A program made the translations under genes and the position numbers. From contig JBHORA010000076.1 in NCBI GenBank assembly GCA_042408535.1, positions 624 to 64,623 of the forward strand: a stretch of DNA of 64,000 bases, read 5' to 3'. Source of the stretch: Chloroflexota bacterium (GTDB lineage Bacteria > Chloroflexota > Limnocylindria > Limnocylindrales > CSP1-4). Shown in pieces: positions 18,211 to 26,707 of the stretch (positions are counted from its first letter, which is position 1; each line of letters opens with the position of its first letter). The notes beneath the pieces were generated by a model, which was not told the DNA's origin, did not search any database, and saw nothing but the letters and a program-made list of their open reading frames with translations.

Positions 18211-19809
18211 TCAGGTGCGGCCGAGGGCGCGACGGACCGCCCGGGCCAGGGCGTCGCCGCTGAAGGGCTTGGCGAGGAAAGCGGCGCCGGTGCCGACGAC
18301 GCCGCGACCCACGACGGCGTTCTCGGTGAAGCCCGAGACGTAGAGAACCCGGAGCCCCGGCCGCCCTGTGGCGAGGCGTTCGGCGAGCTGGTGGCCCTGG
18401 AGGCCGGGCATCGTGAGGTCGGTGACGAGGAGGTCGATGGCACCGCCGAAGCTTCGGGCGACGGCGAGGGCCTCGTCCGCATCGGAGGCTTCGAGGACCC
18501 GGTAGCCGAGGCGGTCGAGGGTCCTGGCGGCGAAGCGCCGGACCGCCTCTTCGTCCTCGACGAGGAGGATCGTCTCCGACCCCCCGGGCGCCTGTCTGCC
18601 CGGCGCGGCCGGGACGCTCTCGGCCTCGTCCTCGATTCTCGGCAGGTAGACCTTGAAGCTCGTCCCGTGCCCGGGCTCGCTATAGACGTAGATCGAGCCC
18701 CCCGACTGCTTCACGATCCCGTAGACCGTCGCCAGTCCCATCCCCGTCCCTCGGCCCGGGGGCTTCGTCGTGAAGAAGGGCTCGAAGATCCGGCCCTTCG
18801 TCGCCTCGTCCATCCCGGTCCCCGTGTCCGACACGGTCAGGACGACGTGCGGGCCAACGGTCGCCTCGATGTGTCGAGCGACGTAGTCGGCGTCGAGATC
18901 CACGTTCGCCACCTCGATGTGGAGCCGCCCGCCCTCGGGCATCGCGTCGCGAGCGTTGACGGCGAGGTTGACGATGACCTGCTCGAACTGGGAGGGGTCG
19001 ACCCGGATGCGCCCAACGCCGGGGGCGACGGCCGTGACGACCTCGATGTGCTCGCCAAGGAGCCGCCGGAGGAGGGGAGCGATCCCCTCGACGAGCTCGG
19101 CCGGATCGACGACGGCCGGCCGGAGGAACTGACGCCGACTGAAGGCGAGGAGCTGTCGGGTGAGCCCGGTCGCCCGGTCGGCGGCGGCGACGATCTGCTC
19201 GACGTCGGGGCGGTTCGGGTCGCCGGGCGGGAGGTTGGCGAGGACGAGCTCCGCGTAGCCGCGGATGGCGGTCAGGAGGTTGTTGAAGTCGTGGGCGATC
19301 CCGCCGGCGAGCTGGCCGACGGCCTCGAGGCGCTGGGCCTGACGGAGCTGGGCCTCCAGGAGCCGCTGGTCGGTGACGTCCTGCATCGTGCCCCGGATGC
19401 GGTGGACCCGGCCCGACGGGTCGCGCTCGGCGACCCCGTTGCTGACGACCCAGCCGTGGCTGCCGTCGGGACGGACGAACTCGAGCTCGAGGTGCCATGG
19501 CTCGCCCGTCGCCACGGCCCGCGCCACTGCCTCACCGACGAGGGCGACGCTCTCCGGCGTGAAGATCCGGCCGATGGCGTCGAGGTCGATCGCTGGACCC
19601 GACGGGTCGAGGCCGAGGATCCGGTACATCTCCGTCGACCAGGTCGCCCGGCCCGTCTCGGGGTCGAGGGTCCAGCTCCCGATCCGAGCGATCCGCTCAG
19701 CGAACTCGAGATCCCGGGCGGTCTGCTCGAGGCGGGCGACGAGATCGGGGCCCGGAGGGCCGGGCGCTTCGGGGCTGGGGTCGCGGGGCTCGGTGTCTCG
19801 ATCGGGCAT
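18211..19809 (-). CDS. Hybrid sensor histidine kinase (PAS - HisKA - HATPase - receiver)
   Basis: Starts at ATG 19809 (MPDRDTEP) with GGAGGA upstream. H-box GGIAHDFNNLL, N/G boxes (NLAVNARDAM, DTGTGM, GTGMGLA). C-terminal REC domain (ILLVEDE...LLVTDLTMPG...KPF). The rest of track ORF 18211..20751 is an artefact. Confidence 0.9.
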   Translation of the reverse strand: MPDRDTEPRDPSPEAPGPPGPDLVARLEQTARDLEFAERIARIGSWTLDPETGRATWSTEMYRILGLDPSGPAIDLDAIGRIFTPESVALVGEAVARAVATGEPWHLELEFVRPDGSHGWVVSNGVAERDPSGRVHRIRGTMQDVTDQRLLEAQLRQAQRLEAVGQLAGGIAHDFNNLLTAIRGYAELVLANLPPGDPNRPDVEQIVAAADRATGLTRQLLAFSRRQFLRPAVVDPAELVEGIAPLLRRLLGEHIEVVTAVAPGVGRIRVDPSQFEQVIVNLAVNARDAMPEGGRLHIEVANVDLDADYVARHIEATVGPHVVLTVSDTGTGMDEATKGRIFEPFFTTKPPGRGTGMGLATVYGIVKQSGGSIYVYSEPGHGTSFKVYLPRIEDEAESVPAAPGRQAPGGSETILLVEDEEAVRRFAARTLDRLGYRVLEASDADEALAVARSFGGAIDLLVTDLTMPGLQGHQLAERLATGRPGLRVLYVSGFTENAVVGRGVVGTGAAFLAKPFSGDALARAVRRALGRT

Positions 19810-19940
19810 CGGCGTTCCTCCGGATCGCGGCGGTGCTGCCGGCAGACAGGGTAGATGGCGGGCCTCGGAAGCGTCGCCGGGGCCGGTGCCTCGGAGCAAC
19901 CCGGCGTGGCCCCCAGACGGGCCGGGGCGAGCGCTACCAT

Positions 19941-19993
19941 CCGAGGCTGGGCGTCCCGAGGCTGGACGTCCCGAGGCTGGGCGCCCCGAGGGG
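19941..19993. repeat. 15-bp tandem repeat x3.5 (CCGAGGCTGGGCGTC) in a divergent intergenic region
   Basis: Units at 19941-19955, 19956-19970, 19971-19985, plus a partial unit. Lies between the histidine kinase start (19809) and the LLM oxidoreductase start (20041). Confidence 0.85.
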
Positions 19994-20040
19994 TCGGCCC
20001 CTGTTGAGATCGCGGGCTCAGAAAGGAGCGGCGAACCAGG

Positions 20041-20922
20041 ATGCAGCTCGGCGTCATCGTCCCCCAGGGTTGGACCGGCGAGTACGACGGCTGGGAGCCG
20101 GCACGCGCCTGGGCCCGGACCGTCGAAGTCGCCCGGGCCGCCGAGCAGCTCGGCTTCGAGTCGATCTGGCTCTTCGACCACCTCCACACCGTCCCCGAGC
20201 CGAAGGACGAGCTCACCTTCGAGTCCTTCGTCGCCCTCTCGGCCCTCGCTCGAGAAACCGAGCGGGTCCGACTCGGCCAGATCGTCATCTGCAACGGCTT
20301 CCGGAACCCGGCCCTGACGGCAAAGATGGCCGGGACCCTCGACGTCGTCTCGGGCGGGCGCTACGAGCTCGGCATCGGGGCCGGTTGGAAGGAGGACGAG
20401 TGGCTCGCCTACGGCTACGGCTTCCCGCCGACCCGGGAGCGCCTCGCCGCCCTCGCTGACGGCCTCGAGGTCATCGTCCGGATGCTCACCCCCGGCCGAG
20501 CGACGTACGAGGGCCGCTATGCCCGGGTGGCGGGTGCCATCAACCTGCCCCGGGGGCTCCAGGAGCCCCGGATCCCGATCATCGTCGGCGGCAACGGGCC
20601 GAACGTGACCTGGCGTCTCGCCGCCCGCTTCGCCGACGAGCTGAATCTCGACGGGATGCGGCCCCCGGAGGTCGAGGCTGCCCTGCCGGTCATTCGATCC
20701 CGGTGCGAAGAGATCGGCCGCGACCCGGCCTCCCTCGCCCTCTCGGTCCACGTCTGGTGGGGCCGCCGCGACTGGCGGACGCCCGGCCGGGACCGGCGCG
20801 CTCTGCTCCGCGCCTATGCCGACCTCGGCGTCCGGCGGGTCATCGGCCTCCTCCAGGCGACGGCCACCGACGACCGGGCCCTCGAGGAGCTCGCCGAAGA
20901 CGCTAATGCCGTGGGGCTATGA
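20041..20922 (+). CDS. Luciferase-like monooxygenase family oxidoreductase (F420-dependent class likely)
   Basis: 293-aa ORF with AAAGGAG upstream. LLM-type TIM-barrel sequence (FESIWLFDHL, RLGQIVICNGFRNPALTAKMAGTLDVVSGGRYELGIGAGW). Confidence 0.8.
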   Translation: MQLGVIVPQGWTGEYDGWEPARAWARTVEVARAAEQLGFESIWLFDHLHTVPEPKDELTFESFVALSALARETERVRLGQIVICNGFRNPALTAKMAGTLDVVSGGRYELGIGAGWKEDEWLAYGYGFPPTRERLAALADGLEVIVRMLTPGRATYEGRYARVAGAINLPRGLQEPRIPIIVGGNGPNVTWRLAARFADELNLDGMRPPEVEAALPVIRSRCEEIGRDPASLALSVHVWWGRRDWRTPGRDRRALLRAYADLGVRRVIGLLQATATDDRALEELAEDANAVGL

Positions 20923-20979
20923 GGAGCGGCTGACCCGTCGTCCTCCGCCGGCCCGGCTCGGTCCCGCGGGGGGAGTCAG

Positions 20980-22407
20980 TCATTCGGCGCAGCAGGAGAG
21001 CTTCGAGACGTCCCGGCTGAAGGCCTGAGCCCCGATCTTCAATGCCTCGGCCATCGTCGGGTAGACGTGGACGAGGTCGACGAAGTCGCCGATGGTCGCC
21101 CCGAAGCGGAGCGCCATCGCCGCCTCGTGGAAGACCTCCGGCGCGGCCTCGCCGATCATGTGGACGCCGAGGACTCGCTCGTCGAGGGTCGAGGCGACGA
21201 ACTTCACGAGCCCCTCGGTCCGGTGGATGGCGCCGGCCCGGGGGACGTGCTCGAGGGGCGTGACGGCGACGACGGCCGGCAGGCGGCGGGCGCGGACCTC
21301 GGCCTCGGTGAGACCGACCGTCCCGATCGGCGGGTCGGTGAAGACGGCCCGCGGGACGACCGCCCCGTCGAAGCGACGTCCCGCCCCGGCGAAGGCGTTC
21401 TCGGCGACGATCCGGCCCTGGCGGGCACCGACCGGGGTCGCCATCTGCGATCCGTGCTGGCGCCCGATGACGTCGCCGGCGGCCCAAATGTGGGGCTGGC
21501 TCGTCCGGAGTTCGGGGTCGACGAGGACGAAGCCCTCGGCGTCGGTGGCGACGCCGGCCGCCTCGAGGCCGAGATCGTCGGTGTTCGGCCGCCGCCCGGT
21601 GGCGACGAGGAGCCGCTCGCCGCGGACGATCCGTCCGCCCGTCGCGGTCTCGACGGCGACGGCGACCGAGCCTCCGTCGCCCTGCGCTCGCTCGATGCGG
21701 GCGCCCTCGATGACGTCGATCCCCTCGGCCCGGAAGGCGGCCGCCAGGGCCGCACCAAGCTCGGGTTCGAAATCGCTCAGGAGGCGCGACCGGGCGATGA
21801 CGCTGACCGAGCTCCCGAGACGGGCGAAGAGCTGGGCGAGCTCGGCGGCGATGTAGCCGCCGCCGAGGACGACGAGGGAAGAGGGGATGTCGACGAGACG
21901 ACCGTCCTGGTCGGCGTCGAGGAGGTCGCTCGTCAGGAAGGGAACCTCGGCGAGGCCCGGGATCGGCGGGATCTCCGGTCGGGAGCCGCTGGCGATGAGG
22001 ACCTGGCCCGGGCGGAAGGTCGTCCCGCCGACGGCGATGCTCGTCGGGCCGATGAAGCGGGCCTCGCCGCTGACGACCTCCACACCGTCGAGGGCATCCG
22101 CGACGGCAGCGTACTTCTTGGCCCGGTAGGCGTGGACGACGGCGTCCTTCTGGGCGACGAGGCGCCCGATATCGATCTCGATCCGAGCTGGCGCAAGACC
22201 CTCGTAGCGGGGGTGGGCAGCCTCGTGAACGATGCGGGCCGCCTCGATGAGGTTCTTCGAGGGGAGGCAGCCCCGGTTGGCACAGGTCCCGCCGACGGTC
22301 CGCCGCTCGACCATGACGACCCGAGCCCCGAGGTCATGGGCGGCGATGGCAGCGGCGAAGGCCGTCGAGCCCGAACCGACAACGAGGAGATCGGGATCGG
22401 CGCTCAC
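20980..22407 (-). CDS. merA: Mercuric reductase core (no fused N-terminal HMA domain)
   Basis: GTG 22407 preceded by GAGGAG. FAD site LLVVGSGSTAFAAA, redox-active GGTCANRGCLPSK, C-terminal vicinal cysteines KLSCCAE typical of MerA. The upstream 84 codons of track ORF 20980..22659 overlap the HMA gene and are rejected. Confidence 0.88.
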   Translation of the reverse strand: MSADPDLLVVGSGSTAFAAAIAAHDLGARVVMVERRTVGGTCANRGCLPSKNLIEAARIVHEAAHPRYEGLAPARIEIDIGRLVAQKDAVVHAYRAKKYAAVADALDGVEVVSGEARFIGPTSIAVGGTTFRPGQVLIASGSRPEIPPIPGLAEVPFLTSDLLDADQDGRLVDIPSSLVVLGGGYIAAELAQLFARLGSSVSVIARSRLLSDFEPELGAALAAAFRAEGIDVIEGARIERAQGDGGSVAVAVETATGGRIVRGERLLVATGRRPNTDDLGLEAAGVATDAEGFVLVDPELRTSQPHIWAAGDVIGRQHGSQMATPVGARQGRIVAENAFAGAGRRFDGAVVPRAVFTDPPIGTVGLTEAEVRARRLPAVVAVTPLEHVPRAGAIHRTEGLVKFVASTLDERVLGVHMIGEAAPEVFHEAAMALRFGATIGDFVDLVHVYPTMAEALKIGAQAFSRDVSKLSCCAE

Positions 22408-22411
22408 CGGC

Positions 22412-22717
22412 TCACTCCTCGGGGTCGCCGGCGGGCGACGTCGGGGTGAGGCCGGGCTCCAGCGGGCGACGGCGGCGCTCGAAGGCGTTGTAGCGGTGGC
22501 CGGCGGGTGGCCCGGCCTCGCGAACGGCCGCGGTGAGGCTCGCCCCCGGCACGTCTGCCCGGGCCCGAACGAGGGCGCTCCGCGAGGCGAGGTCAACGAG
22601 GGCGGCCTCGACGCCGGGCACCGCCTCGAGGGCCGTCTTGACCCGGACGACGCAATCATCGCAGGTCATCCCGCCAACGCCGAGCTCGACGAGGACGATC
22701 GGTTTCGTGGCTGACAT
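22412..22717 (-). CDS. Heavy-metal-associated (HMA) domain protein, MerP/NmerA-like
   Basis: ATG 22717 preceded by GGAG. GMTCDDCVVRVKTAL metal-binding loop. Stop is 4 nt upstream of the merA start. Confidence 0.85.
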   Translation of the reverse strand: MSATKPIVLVELGVGGMTCDDCVVRVKTALEAVPGVEAALVDLASRSALVRARADVPGASLTAAVREAGPPAGHRYNAFERRRRPLEPGLTPTSPAGDPEE

Positions 22718-22728
22718 CGTGCCATCTC

Positions 22729-22761
22729 CGTATACGTGAGATCGTATGCTCATGCTAGCAT
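22729..22761. promoter_or_regulatory. AT-richer palindrome cluster in the merA-operon / CBS-gene divergent promoter region
   Basis: CGTATACG (22729-22736); ATACG-N6-CGTAT (22732-22747); ATGCTAGCAT (22752-22761). Shares CGTAT/ATACG half-sites with the dyad at 24084-24096. Confidence 0.5.
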
Positions 22762-22823
22762 CCCGACCATCGATCCGCAGCGCGGCGATAGGTAGTTCGC
22801 CCCGCCTCGTCCTCCGGGAGCAC

Positions 22824-23420
22824 ATGACGGTCGGCCTGGCGCGCGCTCGTTGCGCGGCGGCCGGGGTTCCCGGGGCGCCGGTCGTCGCCGACGACGGCAG
22901 CTATCGGGGCGTCGTTACCGCCGAGAGCCTCGAGGCGGCCGACGAAACGACCGCCGTCGGAGCCCTCGTCATCGACAGTCCGACTGTCTCGGCCGACGAC
23001 GGCCTCGACGACGCCCTCGGGGTCCTCGCCGACCACCGCCTGAGCTGGGTGCCCGTTCTCGACGCGGGGCGGCTCCTCGGCGTCCTCTCTGCCCGGGACA
23101 TCATGACGGCCTACCGGCGAGCGCTCGCGGGGAGCGTCCGTCAGGTCCGCGGCGTCGCTGCCGGCGGCGTTCTCCTCGAGGCGGATCTCGGGCCCAGCTC
23201 GAACCTCGTCGGTCGGTCGATCGCCGACGTGCCCTGGCCGCGGGACGTCATCGTCGTCGCCATCGAACGCGACGGGAGACTCGTCGTGCCGCGCGGCGGG
23301 ATCGTCTTCGAGGTCGGAGACCGGGTGTCGCTCTTCGCGGCATCGACCTCGGCCGAGGCGGCCCGGGTCCTCCTCGGGAGCGATGTGGCCGCGGAGGTCC
23401 CGGAGGCCCCGGCCGGCTGA
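22824..23420 (+). CDS. CBS-pair plus RCK_C (TrkA-C)-like domain protein
   Basis: Two CBS-like segments (YRGVVTAESL..., WVPVLDAGRLLGVLSARDIMTAY), then a TrkA-C-like segment (LLEADLGPSSNLVGRSIADVPWPRDVIVVAIERDGRLVVPRGGIVFEVGDRVSLFA). ATG 22824 preferred over track start 22746. Confidence 0.65.
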   Translation: MTVGLARARCAAAGVPGAPVVADDGSYRGVVTAESLEAADETTAVGALVIDSPTVSADDGLDDALGVLADHRLSWVPVLDAGRLLGVLSARDIMTAYRRALAGSVRQVRGVAAGGVLLEADLGPSSNLVGRSIADVPWPRDVIVVAIERDGRLVVPRGGIVFEVGDRVSLFAASTSAEAARVLLGSDVAAEVPEAPAG

Positions 23421-23446
23421 CTGCGCCGAGCAGTCGCCCCTCGATC

Positions 23447-23653
23447 TCAGTCTGGCCGAATGCGTCGGCGGACGGCCCAGGCTCCCGAGATGGCGGCACC
23501 GATGAGGAGGGCCACCGGCAGAGCGACCCCAATGAAACCGAGAAGCGCTGTCGTCCCGGCGGCCGCGAGGAGCGAGAGGCCGAGGCAGCAGACGAGGGGG
23601 ACCGCAGCCATGGCCAGGGTCGCCTGAGCGCTCTTCACGCAAGCGGCCTTCAT
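23447..23653 (-). CDS. Small two-TM membrane protein with vicinal Cys pair in TM1 (MerT/MerF-like candidate Hg transporter)
   Basis: 68 aa: MKAACVKSAQATLAMAAVPLVCCLGLSLL... ATG overlaps the stop of the upstream ArsR-family gene (ATGA at 23650-23653). Confidence 0.55.
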   Translation of the reverse strand: MKAACVKSAQATLAMAAVPLVCCLGLSLLAAAGTTALLGFIGVALPVALLIGAAISGAWAVRRRIRPD

Positions 23654-24075
23654 CGGTCGGTCCCCGGTTCCGGCTGGCCGGAGTCGCCCTCGGTGGCGAG
23701 GACCAGGCACGAGGAGAGTCGGGCGGCATTGTCGCGGACGATCGCCTCGCCGAGGTCGACGATCGTCCGGACCCGCTCGTCGACGAGGCGGTAGCGGGTG
23801 AAGCGGCCGTCGACCTCGCCGACGACATAGCCGCACCAGCGGAGACAGGAGAGGTGGCTCGAGACCCGGCCCTGGGCGAGCCCGAGCTCGGCGACGAGCT
23901 CGGTCACGGTCCGGGGGCGCTCCCGAAGGAGCTCGATGATCCGGATCCGGGTCGGGTCGGCGAGACCCTGGAAGAAGGCAGCCAGGCCCTTCGAGCGGGA
24001 GAGCGGGCCCCCTTCGCGGGCGGCGGCCGGGAGGTTGCGCTTCAGGATGAGGCCGGTGGTGAGTTCCTTTCGCAT
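23650..24075 (-). CDS. ArsR/SmtB-family metalloregulator (candidate mer regulator)
   Basis: Winged-helix core FFQGLADPTRIRIIELLRERPRTVTELVAELGLAQGRVSSHLSCLRWCG. Two in-frame ATGs at 24081 and 24075; 24075 fits a leaderless transcript from the promoter at 24082-24110. Confidence 0.85.
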   Translation of the reverse strand: MRKELTTGLILKRNLPAAAREGGPLSRSKGLAAFFQGLADPTRIRIIELLRERPRTVTELVAELGLAQGRVSSHLSCLRWCGYVVGEVDGRFTRYRLVDERVRTIVDLGEAIVRDNAARLSSCLVLATEGDSGQPEPGTDR

Positions 24076-24081
24076 GCGCAT

Positions 24082-24110
24082 ACGATACGCCGTATCCGGA
24101 ACGAGGTCAA
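24082..24110 (-). promoter_or_regulatory. Sigma-70-like promoter TTGACC-17-TATCGT with embedded dyad GATACGcCGTATC
   Basis: Minus strand: -35 at 24110-24105, -10 at 24087-24082. The perfect inverted repeat at 24084-24096 spans the spacer and -10. The ArsR ATGs follow immediately. Confidence 0.6.
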
Positions 24111-24156
24111 CCCGACCCCGCCCGCAGCGTCGCCAGGGCGCGCTACGATCGTCGCC

Positions 24157-25062
24157 ATGGCGACCGTCTACGGTGCCGTCGAGGCCGGCGGCACGAAGTT
24201 CGTCTGCCTCGTCGGCTCGGGCCCCGACGACGTCCGCCGGACGACGAGGATTCCGACCGGCGAGCCCGGCCCCACCCTCGCGGCGGTCGTCGACTTCTTC
24301 CGGGCGGCCCTCGCCGCGGGCGAACCGATCGCTGCCATCGGCGTCGGTTCCTTCGGGCCCCTCGAGCTCCGGGCGAGCCACCCAAGCTACGGCCGCATCC
24401 TCCACACCCCGAAGCCCGGCTGGACCGGGGTCGACGTCATCGGCCCCCTCCGGGAGGGGCTCGGTCTGCCCGTCGCCTTGGAGACCGACGTGAACGCGGC
24501 CGCCCTGGCCGAGGGTCGCTGGGGCGCCGCCAGCAGCTGCCGGTCCTTCGTCTACGTCACCGTCGGGACCGGGATCGGGGGCGGGGCCGTCGTCGGCGGC
24601 CGCCTCGTCGGCGGTCTCGGCCACCCGGAGATGGGGCACCTCGGCGTCCCGCGGCTGACCGGGGACGACTTCGCCGGGACGTGTCGCTACCACCCCGACT
24701 GCTGGGAGGGCTTCGCCTGCGGCCCTGCCCTCGCCGCCCGCTTCGGTCAGCCTCCCGAGGCGCTCACCGGTGCCGATCTCGAGGCCGCTGTCCGGCTCGA
24801 GGCGGCCTACCTCGCCCTCGGTCTCCGGGCTCTCGTCTATACCCTCGCCCCCGAACGGATCGTCCTCGGCGGCGGGGTTCCCGAGCTCCCGGGACTCCTC
24901 GAGGCGACCCGGGCGGAGCTCGTCCGATGCCTCGGCGACTACCCCGGGCTCGGCGAGCACGGCAGCCAGGACTTCGTCGTCCGGCCGGCCCTCGGAGCCT
25001 GGGCCGGGGTCCTTGGTGCCCTCCTCGTTGCCGAAGGGGCGACGGCCGGGGGCTCGAGCTGA
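24157..25062 (+). CDS. ROK-family sugar kinase (fructokinase/glucokinase-like)
   Basis: Starts MATVYGAVEAGGTKFVC. ROK motifs DVNAAALAE and VTVGTGIGGG; Cys/His zinc motif GHPEMGH...C..HPDC. Confidence 0.85.
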   Translation: MATVYGAVEAGGTKFVCLVGSGPDDVRRTTRIPTGEPGPTLAAVVDFFRAALAAGEPIAAIGVGSFGPLELRASHPSYGRILHTPKPGWTGVDVIGPLREGLGLPVALETDVNAAALAEGRWGAASSCRSFVYVTVGTGIGGGAVVGGRLVGGLGHPEMGHLGVPRLTGDDFAGTCRYHPDCWEGFACGPALAARFGQPPEALTGADLEAAVRLEAAYLALGLRALVYTLAPERIVLGGGVPELPGLLEATRAELVRCLGDYPGLGEHGSQDFVVRPALGAWAGVLGALLVAEGATAGGSS

Positions 25063-25155
25063 CCGACGCCGCGGGGTAGCCGCCTCGGGTCGCCGCGTCG
25101 GCTCGTGGCCAGCCCGGCGGCGCTGGAACCGGCCTCACCCGGCTGCGCGATCCCG

Positions 25156-25545
25156 TCAGCTGTTCGCGTCCGAGCCGACGCGGAGGGAGGCGAGGACGAG
25201 GGCGAGGCCGAGGGCGATCGACCCGTAGGGCCAGACGTCGCCGAGCCCGAGGCCGGGGACGAGCCGTTCGAGGAGGAGGCCGAGGCCGAGAAGGATGAGG
25301 ACGATCCCGAGGATCGGGAGGCCACGCTGGTCGCGGCGCCGGCGTCCGGGCTCGTGCGGACCCGAGGGCGGTGGGCCGGCCTCGGCGGTGGTCGGCGGTG
25401 CGGGTGGCGGCGTCTCTGGCGGCTCGCGATCGGGAGCCGTCGCTGGGCGGGGCGAGGTGGCCGGCTCGTCGGCGGTCGGGGCACCCCGGCCGACCGGGCC
25501 CGCGCCCTCGTCTTGGGGTCGGTCGATGGGTGCGCGTTCGGTCAT
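25156..25545 (-). CDS. Small membrane protein with a Pro-rich N-terminus and C-terminal TM hairpin (hypothetical)
   Basis: 129-aa ORF with good GC3. ATGA overlap with the upstream gene at 25542-25545. Confidence 0.5.
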   Translation of the reverse strand: MTERAPIDRPQDEGAGPVGRGAPTADEPATSPRPATAPDREPPETPPPAPPTTAEAGPPPSGPHEPGRRRRDQRGLPILGIVLILLGLGLLLERLVPGLGLGDVWPYGSIALGLALVLASLRVGSDANS

Positions 25546-26534
25546 CGGCAGGCCGGGTCGGTGTCGAGGGAGATCGAGCCGGCGTTCGCCGTCGTCGAGA
25601 GCTCGATCCGGACGCGAGCGGTCGCGTATTCGGCGTTCGTCCAGACGTTGCCACTCCGCGTCAGGCCCGGCAAGTCGAAGCCCCCGGTCGGGTTCTCGTT
25701 CGTCGTCAGCCGGAGACCGACTCCGGGCGGCGCGCAGAGGGCGATGGAGCCGGCGTTCACCGTCAGGCTGCCGGTCAGATCCGCGGCCGGAAGCCGGATG
25801 ACGAGGGAGCCCGCGTTCACCGTTCCCGACAGGGAGCCGACGGTCGCCGCCTCGAGGTCGAGGGTCGCCGAGCCGGCCTTCAGGGTGAGGGAGGCCCGGT
25901 CGAGCCGGCTGGAGCCGGGATCGATGGTCGCCTCACCAGCGTTCAGGGTCACCGACAGATCGAGTGCCACCTCGGTCGGCAGGTCCACCTGCCAGCGCTC
26001 GGAGTCGCCGATGAGCCAGAAGACGCCCCGCCCCTCGTCCGTCGAGCGCACGGCGAGCCGCCCGGCGTCGGCCGAGATGGTCGGCCCTCGGCCGCCTGGA
26101 GCGGTCCCCGAGACCGACCAGCCCCTTCCTGGCCGGCCGGAGACGGTGAGCTCGCCGCAGGTGAGATTGAGGCTGACGGCAGCTCGGGGTTCGGCGAAGA
26201 GGCCGCTCTGGCTGGCGAAGGCGTCACCCCCCGGCCGGCCGCAGGCGAGCCCGATCCGCCCGATGTCGAAGCCCGCGCTCAGGACGCCGCCGAGGATGGC
26301 GCCGAGGGTCATCGCCACGAGGAGCCCCCCGATGGCCCGAGCCGGCGTCCCGCGGAGGAGGAGCGAGATCCCCCAGCCGATGAGGAGGAGGGGCCAGAGG
26401 TCGAACCAGGGGAGCTTGGCGGCGAGGAGGTTCGAGCGGATGGCGACGGGGACGAGCCCGAGGGTGACGAAGAAGACACCCCAGGCGAGGAGACGACCGT
26501 CGACGCGGATCACGACGTCCTCTGCTCCAGACAA
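25542..26534 (-). CDS. Membrane protein with C-terminal beta-rich repeat domain (LiaF/DUF4097-like)
   Basis: N-terminal TM helices, then a repetitive T(L/V)(N/K)AG(E/S) strand pattern: VTLNAGEATI, LTLKAGSATL, GTVNAGSLVI, LTVNAGSIAL. Confidence 0.55.
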   Translation of the reverse strand: MSGAEDVVIRVDGRLLAWGVFFVTLGLVPVAIRSNLLAAKLPWFDLWPLLLIGWGISLLLRGTPARAIGGLLVAMTLGAILGGVLSAGFDIGRIGLACGRPGGDAFASQSGLFAEPRAAVSLNLTCGELTVSGRPGRGWSVSGTAPGGRGPTISADAGRLAVRSTDEGRGVFWLIGDSERWQVDLPTEVALDLSVTLNAGEATIDPGSSRLDRASLTLKAGSATLDLEAATVGSLSGTVNAGSLVIRLPAADLTGSLTVNAGSIALCAPPGVGLRLTTNENPTGGFDLPGLTRSGNVWTNAEYATARVRIELSTTANAGSISLDTDPACR

Positions 26535-26707
26535 CCCGGATCGCCCTCCAGGGTGGGCGCTTCGGCCGGGTCACGCCAGATGATCGCCGATCGGGCGGCG
26601 GACCTCAAATCGAGGTGAGGTCCGACGGGGCGACTCGATCGGCGGCCGGTCGGCGTGGTAGCCTCCATCGGCGATCGGCGTCGAGGATGGGAAGGAGCGG
26701 CGCGGCG

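Noticed and set aside
22746-22823. Track start (ATG 22746) for the CBS/RCK_C protein
   Set aside because: The first 26 codons lie in the AT-richer palindromic promoter region and have poor codon bias. ATG 22824 gives a cleaner start. Low certainty either way.
22412-22825. 137-aa version of the HMA protein (track ORF start at 22825)
   Set aside because: The extra 36 N-terminal codons run through the palindromic promoter region. An internal ATG at 22717 has a GGAG ribosome-binding site and gives a standard ~100-aa HMA protein.
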